From the NCBI GenBank assembly GCA_964016885.1, contig OZ024743.1:19778001-19842000 (forward strand): a DNA stretch of 64,000 nt, read 5' to 3'. Shown here piece after piece: positions 1 through 12,319 of the stretch. Origin of the DNA: Eledone cirrhosa (taxonomy: Eukaryota). The position numbers and the translations under genes are program-made. Under the pieces are notes generated by a model, which was given only the letters and a program-made list of their open reading frames with translations, searched no databases and was not told the origin of the DNA. Numbering within the stretch: position 1 is the stretch's first letter; the number at the start of each line of letters is the position of its first letter.

Positions 1-406
1 TTGAACAAAGTATTATATAATTTATCATACGATATACAAGGTGGATTCGCAGAATCATTAAAGCGTCGGATAAAATGCTATGCGGCATTTATTCTTGCTC
101 TTAATATTTTGAGTTCAAATACTACCGAAGTCAACTTTACCATTCATCCTTCAGTGGTCCATAAAATGAAGTGCCAGTCAAATCAGTTGATGTACCAGTC
201 CAGTATTGTCGATTCTTCCTTCATATCTTCTCTATCATTCTCACGCTCATTCGCTGGAAGAAATTGACTGTGTTCAGACCTGGAGAGGGGTGATCTCTGC
301 TAGTTTCAAAATGCCCAAGCCATTCTCTATATCACATATTTATTTACAATTGTTATGTTCATCAAAACTAATTGTTTGTCCGTCGGTCTCTGTCTATGGA
401 TAAGTT

Positions 407-888
407 CCAGAAATGCCTGGACTGGCAGTGCTACAGAGGAGTCTTGCTAGTTCGAGATAAACGCTACAGGCATGGAAGTGTCGTCAGCCGGGCCTGTCCG
501 ATATGTCGCAGTGCAACGAAATAAATCCGACACACACTCACCGAGTATCCGAGTATTACCGACCTGTGGTTTTATGTCGAACACCTACTTCCACGTGAGG
601 GACGGGACCGGCTATGAAATGCGTCCATTGTGAAGATCACCGCCGTCTTCCTTTAGAGGGGACGAGCAGGCAGTTTTTATCCGCCTGGTGGACACGGCAA
701 AAGAGGTTGTGTGGTGGACGCACCTGAAAGGTTTGAAGACAAGCACTTTCCTCTTTGGCGAATATTTGATTAACTTTTTCAGGTTTCCCCTGAAGGGAAA
801 AATCAGAGTGAAAAGGGAAATATTGTCTTCCTACCAGTTTGTTGAAAGGTGCTTGATCCGAGTCAATGGGCTTGTCCTGAGTATGTAG
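407..888 (+). pseudogene. 3' remnant of a Tx1/L1-clade LINE ORF2 (zf-RVT and C-terminus), frameshifted
   Basis: Manual translation gives WQCYRGVLLVRDKRYRHG..RACPICRS..HTLTEYP (zf-RVT-like), followed by ORF 688-888 AKEVVWWTHLKGLK...FVER, typical of Tx1/L1 C-termini. Confidence 0.6.
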
Positions 889-1189
889 CTGTAAATTGGA
901 AGAGAACATCTGAGTGAGGGTACTTGGCCCCACTAATCAATGAGAACTAAGATCTCCATCTATTCACCAACTTTCGGCATGTATTTTGCTTTCAAGCACA
1001 CCCTATAGATACTGAACTAAAGTAACTCGTGAAACATCGTCAATATAGTTAACGAGCGTAATTACTAAATAAATATACTCTAGTAAATGTATTGAGCACG
1101 CTATAGCTCGTTTCCGAAACTAAAAGGATGTGTGTATAAATATATACATATATAAAAATTTACATATACATAAAGTCACAGATATATAT

Positions 1190-1979
1190 GCGCAACCGGT
1201 CACGTTGTGGCTCAATGAAGAATTAATAAATTGTTTCTACTTTAGGCACAAGGCAATTAATTACCCAGTGCATTACTGGTACTTTATTTTATCGACCCCG
1301 TAAGGATGAAAGGCAAAGTCAACCTCGGCGGGATTTGAACTCAGATCGTAAAGGGACGTAACTGTGCTGGAAAGCATGGTGTCTGACTCTCTACCGATAC
1401 TGCCAATCTACCGCCCTAATAAATAAATTAAATAATCAGAGCAATATATCATAAATCATGTCCTTAGAATTATTAGATAAAATATGTACCATTTCCTCTC
1501 CCAATTAGCATAATTAAGAATATAAAAAATCAATTAGACCAGGCTATAAGAATAAAGGCTCCTATGAAGAAATATTTGATAAATAATCGAAAGCAGCCTC
1601 TTAACGGTGACCCCAATAGAATATTTACCCAACATTTCAACAGCATGTAGAAACTGACTAAATATACTGTCAACCATACACAATTAGGTGTAAATTTAAA
1701 CTTAGAAGAAACCTGTACATACCGTAAAAGTTTAAATTTACACCTAATTGTGTATGGTTGACGGTATATTTAGTCAGTTTCTACATGCTGTTGAAATGTT
1801 GGGTAAATATTCTATTGGGGCCACCGTGAAGAAGCCGCTTTCGATTATTTATCAAATATTACTTAATAGGAGCCTTTATTCTTATAGCCTGGTCTAATTG
1901 ATTTTTTATATGGTTAATTATGCTAATTGGGAGAGGAAATGGTATATATTTTATCTAATAATTCTAAGGACATGATTTA

Positions 1980-1987
<8 letters not shown>
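1190..1987. mobile_element. Fold-back element, family D: inverted arms 1444-1703 / 1728-1987; the long left arm is interrupted by a SINE
   Basis: Arms of about 260 bp are near reverse complements around a 24-nt loop and the element is flanked by (TA)n. A single-arm homologue lies at about 52260-52607. Confidence 0.85.
1225..1420 (-). mobile_element. tRNA-type SINE (Meta/MESC-like central domain)
   Basis: Reverse complement of GGCGGTAGATTGGCAGTATCGGTAGAG...GTTCAAATCCCGCCGAGGTTGACTTTGCCTTTCATCCTTACGGGGTCGATAAAATAAAGTACCAG, with A/B-box-like motifs. It splits the family D tail. Confidence 0.85.
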
Positions 1988-2013
<26 letters not shown>

Positions 2014-2137
2014 AAAAGAATTTTATTGATAAATTCCAACCCAAGCTAAATGAACAATAATAATTCTTAGGGGTATAACTCCTACTATGACTACGACCAT
2101 GTCGACTGCCACCACTAACAGCAACAACAACAATAAT

Positions 2138-2325
2138 AATAATTGTTTCTATTTTTAGGCACAAGGCCAGCAATTACCCAGTACATTACTGGTACTTTAT
2201 TTATCGACCCCGTAAGGATGAAAGGCAAAGTTAACCTCGGCGAGAACTCAGATCATAAATGGACGTAACTGTATGCTTCAAATCATGGTGTCCGACTCTC
2301 TGCCGATACTGCCAATCCACCGTGC
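2138..2325 (-). mobile_element. SINE copy, same family
   Basis: Closely similar to 1225-1420. Confidence 0.85.
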
Positions 2326-2869
2326 AACAACAATAATAATAATAAGAGTGATGTTGATGATTACTGAAAACTTTTTATAAAAATCATAGAAAATGCTATT
2401 TTCATCATTTCTAAAAATAGCAAAACAATTGATGCTTCAAATAGAAGTCGTTAGACATGCTCAAATGCTTCAAATAGAAGTCGTTAGACATGCTCAACCA
2501 ACTGTGACCCCTAAACCAACCAGCTTTAGTAATCCAGTGAAACTACACACCGATTGGTCGAAATACAGTTTGCAAAATTTAGCATCCTGTAGCCGTTTGT
2601 CACTGTATATAAGCACAAAATTTACCCATCGCATTACAGTTGAAAATTGCAAACTTGACTGTCACCAGAATATGAACCTGAAGATTGCGAAAGCATGAAA
2701 GTATTTGATCAATTAACACTTAACATTTAATATTCTACCATACTATTTCATTCTAATACCATTATAATTTTAAAGGATTGTAAATAAAACGAGTATTTCA
2801 GACAAAGTTGGAATTCCTTTTATTAATATAACTTCTACACACAATCATACACACTCATGTATATTTATT

Positions 2870-2927
<58 letters not shown>

Positions 2928-2959
2928 TACCCACACACGTATATATATATATATATATA

Positions 2960-3035
2960 TATTCAATGATATTAAATAAATGGAAGGTATATTTATAAAA
3001 CCATATTTATTCTATTATATATATTTCAAGGGTAC
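2960..3035 (-). mobile_element. Truncated arm of fold-back family A
   Basis: tattatatatatttcaagggtac matches tattatatatatttcaaaggtac at 35831-35853. It starts directly after (TA)n at the same tattcaa position. Confidence 0.55.
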
Positions 3036-4001
3036 CAAATTGTCTATTAGACGTCTATAGGCATTTCTTCGCATTAAAGACAAGATACCCGGCCTAGGGC
3101 GAAATAATAACTAAAGTAAGTTATTGGGATACAAATTGTCGGTGGAGAAAGAGAAGGACATGTAAACAGACACGATGGGTGAGGCAACGTAAAGAGAGGA
3201 AAAAAGGAAAAAATCAAGTCAATAATTCATTTCGAACATAAGAACGGGTGAGTTTTGACGCGGGTGTGAGCGAGAAGAAAGACCGCGTACAGTGTTGGAC
3301 GATGGAGGAAGTGAGAGAGAGGGTGAGTGGCAGAGAGTGAGTGTGTGAAAGTGCGGGGAAGAGGCTAGCCGAGAGAAGGTGACTAGCAGAGGAGGTGAGT
3401 AAAAGTAAGAGAGAGAAGGAGCGAGAGAACGGGGAGAGAGAGAGGATAGCAGCAAGGGAAGAGAAAAAAGACAGGTCACAGCAGATGGGGAAGAATATAT
3501 GAATCAAAATGGCGTGCTGTGTTGTTGCAATTAAGTATAATGAATAGTGGTGATAACAGTGTCGGGAGGTTTACATTTAAATGAGACTTTTCTATTCCAG
3601 ATCTTGATAAGTGTTCAATGTTTCTTTCTGCTATTTCATTTGTCCGTGTGAACTTTTTATAACACTAAAGTCGATTTTGAATTAAATGCAAAGGCCAAGT
3701 GATATGAGACTTCCTACATCATCTGAATGAGCTCATATATGTCAGTGCTGTTTGAATAATTCTAAGTTGGCAGTTGCAAGGTGTTTTTTTTTGTTTCTAA
3801 TAGAAGAAGGAAAACTAATTGATAATCTAAAATTTAATTGGTTGGTATAGTTGTAAACGAAAAGGTTTAGAAATACATTTTAGATGTTCTCAATACATGC
3901 ACACCTGGTGTTAACATTGCTAGTATGTATGTATGTATGTGTGTATGTATGTATATATGTATGTACGTGTGTGTATATATACGAACGTATGTATGTATCT
4001 A

Positions 4002-4038
<37 letters not shown>

Positions 4039-5485
4039 TTATAATACGTAAACGCGTATGTATAGATATGTTTCTATGCAGGCTTACGTGTATACATGTA
4101 CGTATATATGTGCATATGTACATATGTATATATGTATGTAGGGAGCTAGGTAGGTATCTATGCGTTTTATATATATGTATCTATGCACACATGCACGTAT
4201 GTACTTTTTGTATGTACTCAAAGAATTTTATATAATGTTACAGAATTTGCTCGATCACCAATGTATAACTGGAATCTATTTAATTGAGTAAGAAGGCCAG
4301 GCAAATAAGAAATCAAACCCTGTGTATGTGGTATAGTTTCCTCCATAAATACATGACATACCTGTCTTAAATCTAACACATCCGACTTATGGTCCTCCCA
4401 CTTTTGAATCTCCCCACACACAAGATAAAGCGTAAATCAATTTTACAATTTCACATCCAAACCACAAGTTTTACAAATTGTCTATATCGTTAAATGAACT
4501 AATTGCTATTGATATTAAAACTGTCATCTTATTTGGCTAAGAGATTTCAAATCAAATATATAAATTTGTTCACTTAATTAAGATGTTTACTTCATAATTT
4601 CATGCTCAAATATCAAGCATCATTCAATAATTTCTATTAATATTTCTTGAATTAAATAACTTAATTAGTCATCACCTGATTCCTTCTTATGTGTTAAACC
4701 AATACTGTAAATGTGTGTGTCAGATGCACTGAGCAGTATCCATCTGTATGTAATCTTAATATTACAAGATTTTCATTAATGCGTAAATCTGTGTAGCTAG
4801 AAGTACACTGGCAGAAATATAGAGGCAGTATTAATTCTAATTCAGTGTTGAAATTTAATTTCACCTCGTCTATTTCTAACCAAACGAAACATTACGGATT
4901 CTGTAATTATTATGTTAGATATCCAAATGCTTGTGGAAATCTACCAAATGACACACTCATCACAGCATCTCAAATATGCCAATGTTAACTTCGTAAACAA
5001 ATCATTGGAAACAAGAAGAAATGGAAGAACAAATCAATATCTCATTTTTGGCTCCTGTTCACATTGATCATCTAAATAACTTCAACTAGAAAAAGATTAG
5101 TAATAAATTATGAGTACATAAGTAATCTCCTGCCCTCTCTACAATAAAACCCCTTCCAGAAGAAATTAGTATTGCCTAAGAGCATTAAATATAAGGTATC
5201 ATAGATCAAGGGAAAATAGATAACGCATGATTGTTTCATATATGACAGGGGTGATTTGATTGACACTAATCAAAGCTACAATAGTTACATTTAATTGAAT
5301 CTATCGTTGTCAATTGATTTCTTTTGTTGATCTTTTTTCGCCGCAGTTCTGCCTAGATCAAACATCCGTTTATTCAAAACGGTTCGAGTATGCATTTAGC
5401 ATGAAGTAAATTGACTTCGCTGGGTAAAAAGCTTTTCATATATCCAACTTGGAAACAACATGCAATGATTTTACAAAATGTGTCG

Positions 5486-5915
5486 CAATCTATAAAACGC
5501 CACATTCTATAAGACGTCACAATCTATAAAATGTCACAATCTATAAAACTTCACAAGATATAAAACGTCACAGGATATAAAACATCACAGGATATAAACC
5601 ATCACAGGATATAAAACGTCACAGGATATAAAACGTCACAAGATATAAAACATCACAGGATATAAAACCTCACAACCTATAAAACGTCACAAGATATAAA
5701 ACGTCACAATCTATAAAACATCACAATCTATAAAACGTCACAAGATATAAAACATCACAATATATAAAACGTCACAAGGTATAAAACGTCACAAGATATA
5801 AAACGCCACAAAATATAAAACGTCACAAGATATAAAACGCCACAAGATATAAAACGCCACAAAGTATAAAACGTCACAGGATATAAAACGTCACAAGATA
5901 TAAAATATCACAATA
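5486..5915. repeat. 17-bp minisatellite (ATATAAAACGTCACAAG), about 25 copies
   Basis: Tandem head-to-tail units with point variants and no unique spacers. Confidence 0.9.
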
Positions 5916-6940
5916 TGTAATACGACATATAAAATGTATATTTTATCTCTCTCTAATGTTCAGTGATAGGTGTATGCCAATGTAAGGTGGTGTCCAAGAT
6001 ATTATTTGAGTTTGCGTGTACTCTGTGTTTCATTTTACGTTTCTTATAACGTATATTTCAATCATTGAACACGAACATCGCTGAGTTGTTGAGAAGCTTG
6101 CTCCACATTCATCGGGATCCAGATCTGTTCCTAAAAAGAAGCACTTTAGAGAGATGTTTCCTACTGGAACTTCACAAGGAGTATTCTAAGTCCTATTGGG
6201 TAGGAGAAAATTGTTTCGAATTCCGTTGGTAGGGTTTTAGCCATAATTAAACGTCCAACTTTGTCACATATTGCGCTCAATCTGCAGTAGTATTAAATCA
6301 AGTGTACAAGTGCATGTAAAATACTCAGCCATTTAGTCGATAGGTTAATAATTAGTCAGTTCAGTTGATTGAAAAACTGGCTCATTCTGTCGAAACTGAT
6401 AGAAAAAAAAGGTTGTTTATATATATATACGAATAACTTTTCTCTTTCCTGTTGATAAACTGAAAGGTTTTCCTGTATAGATAAAAGATTTGGGAAAGCA
6501 GTACACGCGGAATACTCAGCCATTTACTCAGTAGTTCAATAAATAGGCAGTTTAGTTGATCAAAAAACTGGAACAGACGGCGTCGAAACTGGTAGAAGAA
6601 AAGAAGAATGTTTATGCATCTAGGAGTTAAGATATTTTTCTCTTTCCTGTCGAGAAACTGAAAGGTTTTCCTATGTAAATAAAAGATTTCGTGAAGAAGT
6701 AAACATCGATGAAGTATAAAAGAGAAAAAAGATTTAGCTGATATTCCCAGTAATGTAAGCATTTCTATATTTGATTCATATAAAAATTCTGAAATATTTG
6801 GGTTATTTATGAAAATGTCTGACAATAGAATATAGTTTACGAGGCAAAACAGATAATATTCTGAAGTGTTGGTTGTTTTTATTTATTTACAAAGTTTGCA
6901 AAACACATTTCATCTATATCCCATCAAGTTAATATATATA

Positions 6941-6974
<34 letters not shown>

Positions 6975-6986
6975 TTGCGTGTATTA

Positions 6987-7017
<31 letters not shown>

Positions 7018-7038
7018 TCATATATATATACATATATA

Positions 7039-7132
<94 letters not shown>

Positions 7133-7567
7133 TAGAAAACAGTTTGTTTGTGTGTGTACGTGCGTGTGTAAGTAAATGTGTGAACGTATTTATACGCGAG
7201 AATATTCATGTTATCTATTTGTGTTGGTGGAATATGTAAATGTTAGTATTTTCCTGTGAGATTATTTCTGTGTATGTGACACTGTATGAGTTATGGTATG
7301 TATGTAATACGTATGTGTATATGGTTATGTATACATTCATCGATTTTTGTAACTATTCATGTGTTTGTGTGTTCAACTATATCATGACGTGTGTGTGATT
7401 TTGTTTGTGTTTGTATTTCTTAGAATTTGAATGTATGGGTGGATGTTTTTATTTATGTATGAGTAGATGAATTATGTATTCAGACATTCACATATGAATA
7501 TAGTATATATATATATATATATCTATTATGTATATATATATATGTGTGTGTGTATACATATATATGC

Positions 7568-7600
<33 letters not shown>

Positions 7601-7652
7601 CATATACACACAAGCCTATGTGTGTATGTATGTAGGTATGAATGATTGTATG

Positions 7653-7756
<104 letters not shown>

Positions 7757-8195
7757 TGAGTTCATTATTTGTGAGCCAAGCTAATATTTAATAATTTTAA
7801 AAGTTTTAACAAAAAAAAATCTCTATTCTGAAATCTTCATCGTTTAAACGAGTAACAAACATTTACTTCAGATTTGAACATAAAATCACAATACTAAAAC
7901 ATAAAATACAGCAAATATGAATACATATACAATACATAAAATCATTTTAAAGTATATAGAAAGAATCTAATTACTCCGCTAGCTTTGGCAGCTAAGAGAA
8001 GAAATTTTGGCAATCATAATATATCAACATACATAAGGCAATTCAGTTCGGATATGTTATTTTCTTCTTTTCAATGTATTCTTTCTAGCTCAGCTTGTCT
8101 TCTTCTCTCCCTCCAGCTTTCATGCAAAAATACACACACACGTATTCGCTACGCACAAACTTACACACACACAAACGTGTATACTTGTGAGCGTA

Positions 8196-8243
<48 letters not shown>

Positions 8244-10221
8244 TGTGTGTATAGATAGATAAAGAGAGAAAGTGAGTGAGAGAAAGAGAGTGAGAGAAAG
8301 AGATAGATAATATACAACTCGTAACATATTATGTCCGATTTTCTATGATCTTGTGGGTTGGCCGGTTCTTCTTTAGTACAGCGTTTCGCTATACTTGCGT
8401 TCATTTGTCATCTCCTCTGTGAGTTGCCACCTCTTGAAGTCATTGATCACCTCTTTTCATATCTTCCTTAGTCATTATCGCCCGCATGTTCCCTCCAGTT
8501 TGATCACTTGAAACATCGTTACTAAAATATTATCCAGCATATACTTCTCATGTTCGGATGAAGGCAATCTTCTGTCTTCCTCACTTATGTAATTCGTCTT
8601 GTAGCCTGCTTTTTTCGTCGGTTATGTGTTCTGTCATTCATGCACATAAACATTATACATCCAGTCATCCACATCTCATCTCTTTGTATATTCTCCGTAT
8701 AGTTCCATGAACATTTTTCTTCTTGTTCTTACACAGGCAACTATACTTTTTGAACACTCACCATCGAGCATTTGAAAGAATGTATTTCAAACGTGCTCCT
8801 TCTATGCATCTTCTAAATTCGAAATCGTTCTCATGTGATACGATTAATCACTACTACAGGGTTCCTACATTTTTTTCCTCGCTGATGGCAATAATCTTTA
8901 CTTTTTTCTGCTAATTAAAACTTTTCTATTCATTGGGTTCATTTTAAGGCATTTTGATTCTAGATTTTGATTCGGTTTTTGGAATGTCTGTTGTATATTT
9001 TCGATGGATTAAGCTATTAGAACTAAACCTGGAGACTCATCTGGTCGGTGCGCATTCCGGTTTCATTGGAAATAATTTATCACTGATAAGTAACTTGAAG
9101 TATAATATTTCCCCGAGATACGCCGCCAATCCATCGCAAGGTTAACTTTCAGCTATTACTTGTAGTCATTTTACTTGATGGTAATTTTTATACAAAACAA
9201 AGTATTATATAATTCAGATTTAGTGTACAAATACTTATTTATCATTTCCGTCAACTGTAAACTAGAAACTACGTGTGATCTTGCTATTCACAATATGTAA
9301 TTAATAATGATATCGGAAATTAAATTGTTCATTCTTAAATCTCTTATATAAGTAAGCAGCCCATGAATCTTCAGCATGATATAGATTGGATGTTAGAAGA
9401 ATATATTTAGAGAAGAATCAATTGGTCAATCCCTAACGTAATACTGTTACCAGCTTTCTAATTTATTTTGTCAACATTTCCAATTTGAGCTTCACCGTTC
9501 CTACTTCAGAAGATACTAATAATATAATATAAATCTATTCTAGAAATTTAGCACGAATCTTACCTATTAATAAAGGTCGTAAAGATCAAGCAGAGTAATA
9601 TTTCTTTGCATGTTTAAACCATACAGCATTGTAAAATAATATTATGCAATGAAAGTGAAGGATTGTAAGAATATCTAGAACGTGGGATAAGTATCATTAC
9701 GGTGTATGTTCTGACTCTTTACATTCTGTGTTCAAATCTCGCTGAGCTTAACTTCTCTTTTATCATTCTATGGTTGTTGAAATAAAGTACCAGTCATATA
9801 CAGAGGTTGATTTATTCAAGTTTGACTGACCTTTCCTAGAATAGAGATTATGGAGTATCCGAGAGTCGGTAGTAAAAACTGTTTCCTTCAAAAATCAGTT
9901 TGGGTTTGTGCTGGGTTGTATCGATAACACATATTTTAAAAAGAATAAGTGATGTTATATTACATTTAATAGATCTCATGACAAAATATGTTGATGTTAG
10001 TTCGTCTCATTTGCATGTCAAAAATGTAGATCTTCCTATCCATACATTTTCATACATTGGTAGAAACACGTACACATAGTCATACTATACAAGTGGAAAA
10101 CAACCTGGAGGATGTTATTTCTTCTACTCTTCTCTTCTTATTTGCTCACGTATTTCTGGGAAGGTGGTGGTGGCAGAACCTCAAGCACGCCTTCCAATAT
10201 GTCCTGTCAGAGCATCCAATT

Positions 10222-10800
10222 TCAACTGACCCAGCTAGATCCCAAAGCAAGATCAGCGGAGCTCATGGATGTTATACAAACATCTTCCTCGGTATCTACC
10301 CCTGAGTCTCGTGCTGGTTGGTTTTGTTCAAAACATCTCTCCAGCGATATTTTTGTGAAACATTCTAACCACTTATCTGTAATATTGGTACTGTGGTCTT
10401 TTAATTTAGAGAGTAGCCGCTCTACTTTGGGTGACTCTCTGATCTCCAAGCTACACATTCTATCGAGTAACGTTATTCCACAGACCCTTTGGAGGAACAC
10501 CATTTCGGCTTCTTGTATTCGGGAGCGTATTTCTTCAGTCATTAAACAAGTTTTATGACTATAATTAAGGTTTGATACAAATACTGAATTGAAGATCGCA
10601 AGTTTGGTTTTCAGCCATAATCCAAGATTCCTGACCCTTAATAAGGGTTGTCATGAATAACGAATTGAAGATATTGAGTTTGACTTTTGGAGCTACTTCC
10701 CTTCTTCTGATGACCGAATGCTGACACTAGTGCATTACTGCAGCAGCTCATGCACTTCTTATCCTTAATTCTGCCTTCTATTCCTCATCTAAGTCCATCA
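10222..10800 (-). pseudogene. RTE-like LINE C-terminal remnant
   Basis: ORF 10222-10542 contains RSRIQEAEMVFLQRVCGITLLDRMCSLEIRE. Confidence 0.6.
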
Positions 10801-11508
10801 CTCATAAACATGGCATCGAACTAATGCAGCTATCACCAGAATGCAGCACCACCAGAACTTGATTAATGTAGTTTTAGATACCAATGATAAAGATATGTTA
10901 GTAAGGACTAGAATATTTTGATTATAACTTTACTCAACCATGTGTACCCTCGGACTTACCGACATGAACATAATTTATTATGTAGAAACACTTGACATTG
11001 CTGTGGTTGAAACCATATTGCCTAGGTTTCATTTTACTTCTTTGTATGATTGATAGTCAATTTAATACTACTGGTGTGCGTATAACATATTTTATTCAGT
11101 CAATTACAATTTAATTACGTTTTTCATCTTGCCTCAATGCTATCATATCCAACGGACGATGAACCGACTTTTTAGCGCAAGGAATCAACATATGTCTTGT
11201 TTAGGAAACTAATATGTTTGTTTTTTCCTTTTCGTTCGATTGTTGTTTTTTAATAAAAAAAAGTGTTCAATTTAAACCTAAAATTGAAAATACGATAAGG
11301 CATGTAAATTATTAATGTGAGAAATGTTGATGAAACACTACTATCAATAAACCGTTTCCCTCTCACCAAGAAATAATCCTATATAGCAGTCACAATAGAA
11401 AATATATGCATATGAATATCAGTTCTCATACACCGACAATTTCTGTATTAGACCACCTCTTCGGAAATGAATATCTCTTGTGTGTATATATATATATATA
11501 TATTACAT

Positions 11509-11598
<90 letters not shown>

Positions 11599-11610
11599 AT
11601 ATATATATAT

Positions 11611-11946
11611 TGTTTAATGGTTTGTAACCGTACGTTACTAGTGGTTCACTCGATGTATAGTACATCGAGTGTATAGTACATGGTGCTGAACGAGGTGCCA
11701 AAGAATCATCATTACGTTTATTGCGGTGTGATGTGCGTTTCGCGATTGATCAGCTCAAAGTCTAAGCTGTATAGATCGGACCCGACTCTGGATCAATAAC
11801 TCATCAGACTCTTTAAGGAAACCAAGTGTATGATGAGGTATTGAATGCAGAGTCAGGTCCGATCAATACAGATCAAACCTTGAGCTGATTAATGGCAAAA
11901 CGTGCCTCAAACATCTAGAATCTTAATGATAATTTGACACCTCGTT
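11611..11946. mobile_element. Fold-back element, family B (older copy): arms 11689-11946, tail 11611-11688
   Basis: Imperfect inverted arms between (TA)n runs. The tail contains the hairpin CACTCGATGTA/TACATCGAGTG. Confidence 0.75.
11726..11811 (-). ncRNA. Degenerate type I hammerhead ribozyme with a long stem II
   Basis: Minus strand reads gagt-CUGAUGA-G..AUUGAUC...GAUCAAU..C-GAAA-C-GCAC-A-UC-acac. Stems I and III carry mismatches. Confidence 0.55.
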
Positions 11947-11971
11947 TCTACTTATTATTAATTATATATAA

Positions 11972-12043
<72 letters not shown>

Positions 12044-12174
12044 GTGAGGTTTTTTTTACAAAATGAAAAATAACCGAGGTGTCCTACACGAGTGGAAGTA
12101 TAAATAAAAAGGGATGAAATCAAAAATGCAACTGAAGTCTTATTTTTTTTTTAAATATATATATTTATTTGGTT

Positions 12175-12212
12175 CCTTTACCGGTTTCGCAGTTCTTCTG
12201 CTTTTCAAAAGG
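12175..12212 (-). ncRNA. Mirror copy of the U3-A8 minimal hammerhead
   Basis: Exact reverse complement of 12282-12319. Confidence 0.8.
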
Positions 12213-12281
12213 TGAGTTGAGATGGAGGGTCTGTGGTTTTTCTCACAGTGAGAAAAACCACAGACCCTCCATCTCAACTCA

Positions 12282-12319
12282 CCTTTTGAAAAGCAGAAGA
12301 ACTGCGAAACCGGTAAAGG
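12282..12319 (+). ncRNA. Minimal type I hammerhead ribozyme, U3-A8 core variant
   Basis: CCUU-UUGAAAA-GCAG aagaa CUGC-GAAA-CCGG-UA^AAGG. Stems I and II are perfect and the stem-III loop is palindromic. Confidence 0.8.

Noticed and set aside
2432-2497. 33-bp tandem duplication inside a 101-aa ORF (similar local duplications at about 6340-6690 and 63912-64000)
   Set aside because: Ordinary local duplications with no coding evidence.
5486-5915. Regular repeat array resembling CRISPR
   Set aside because: Contiguous 17-bp units with no spacers, no cas genes and a eukaryotic context: a minisatellite.
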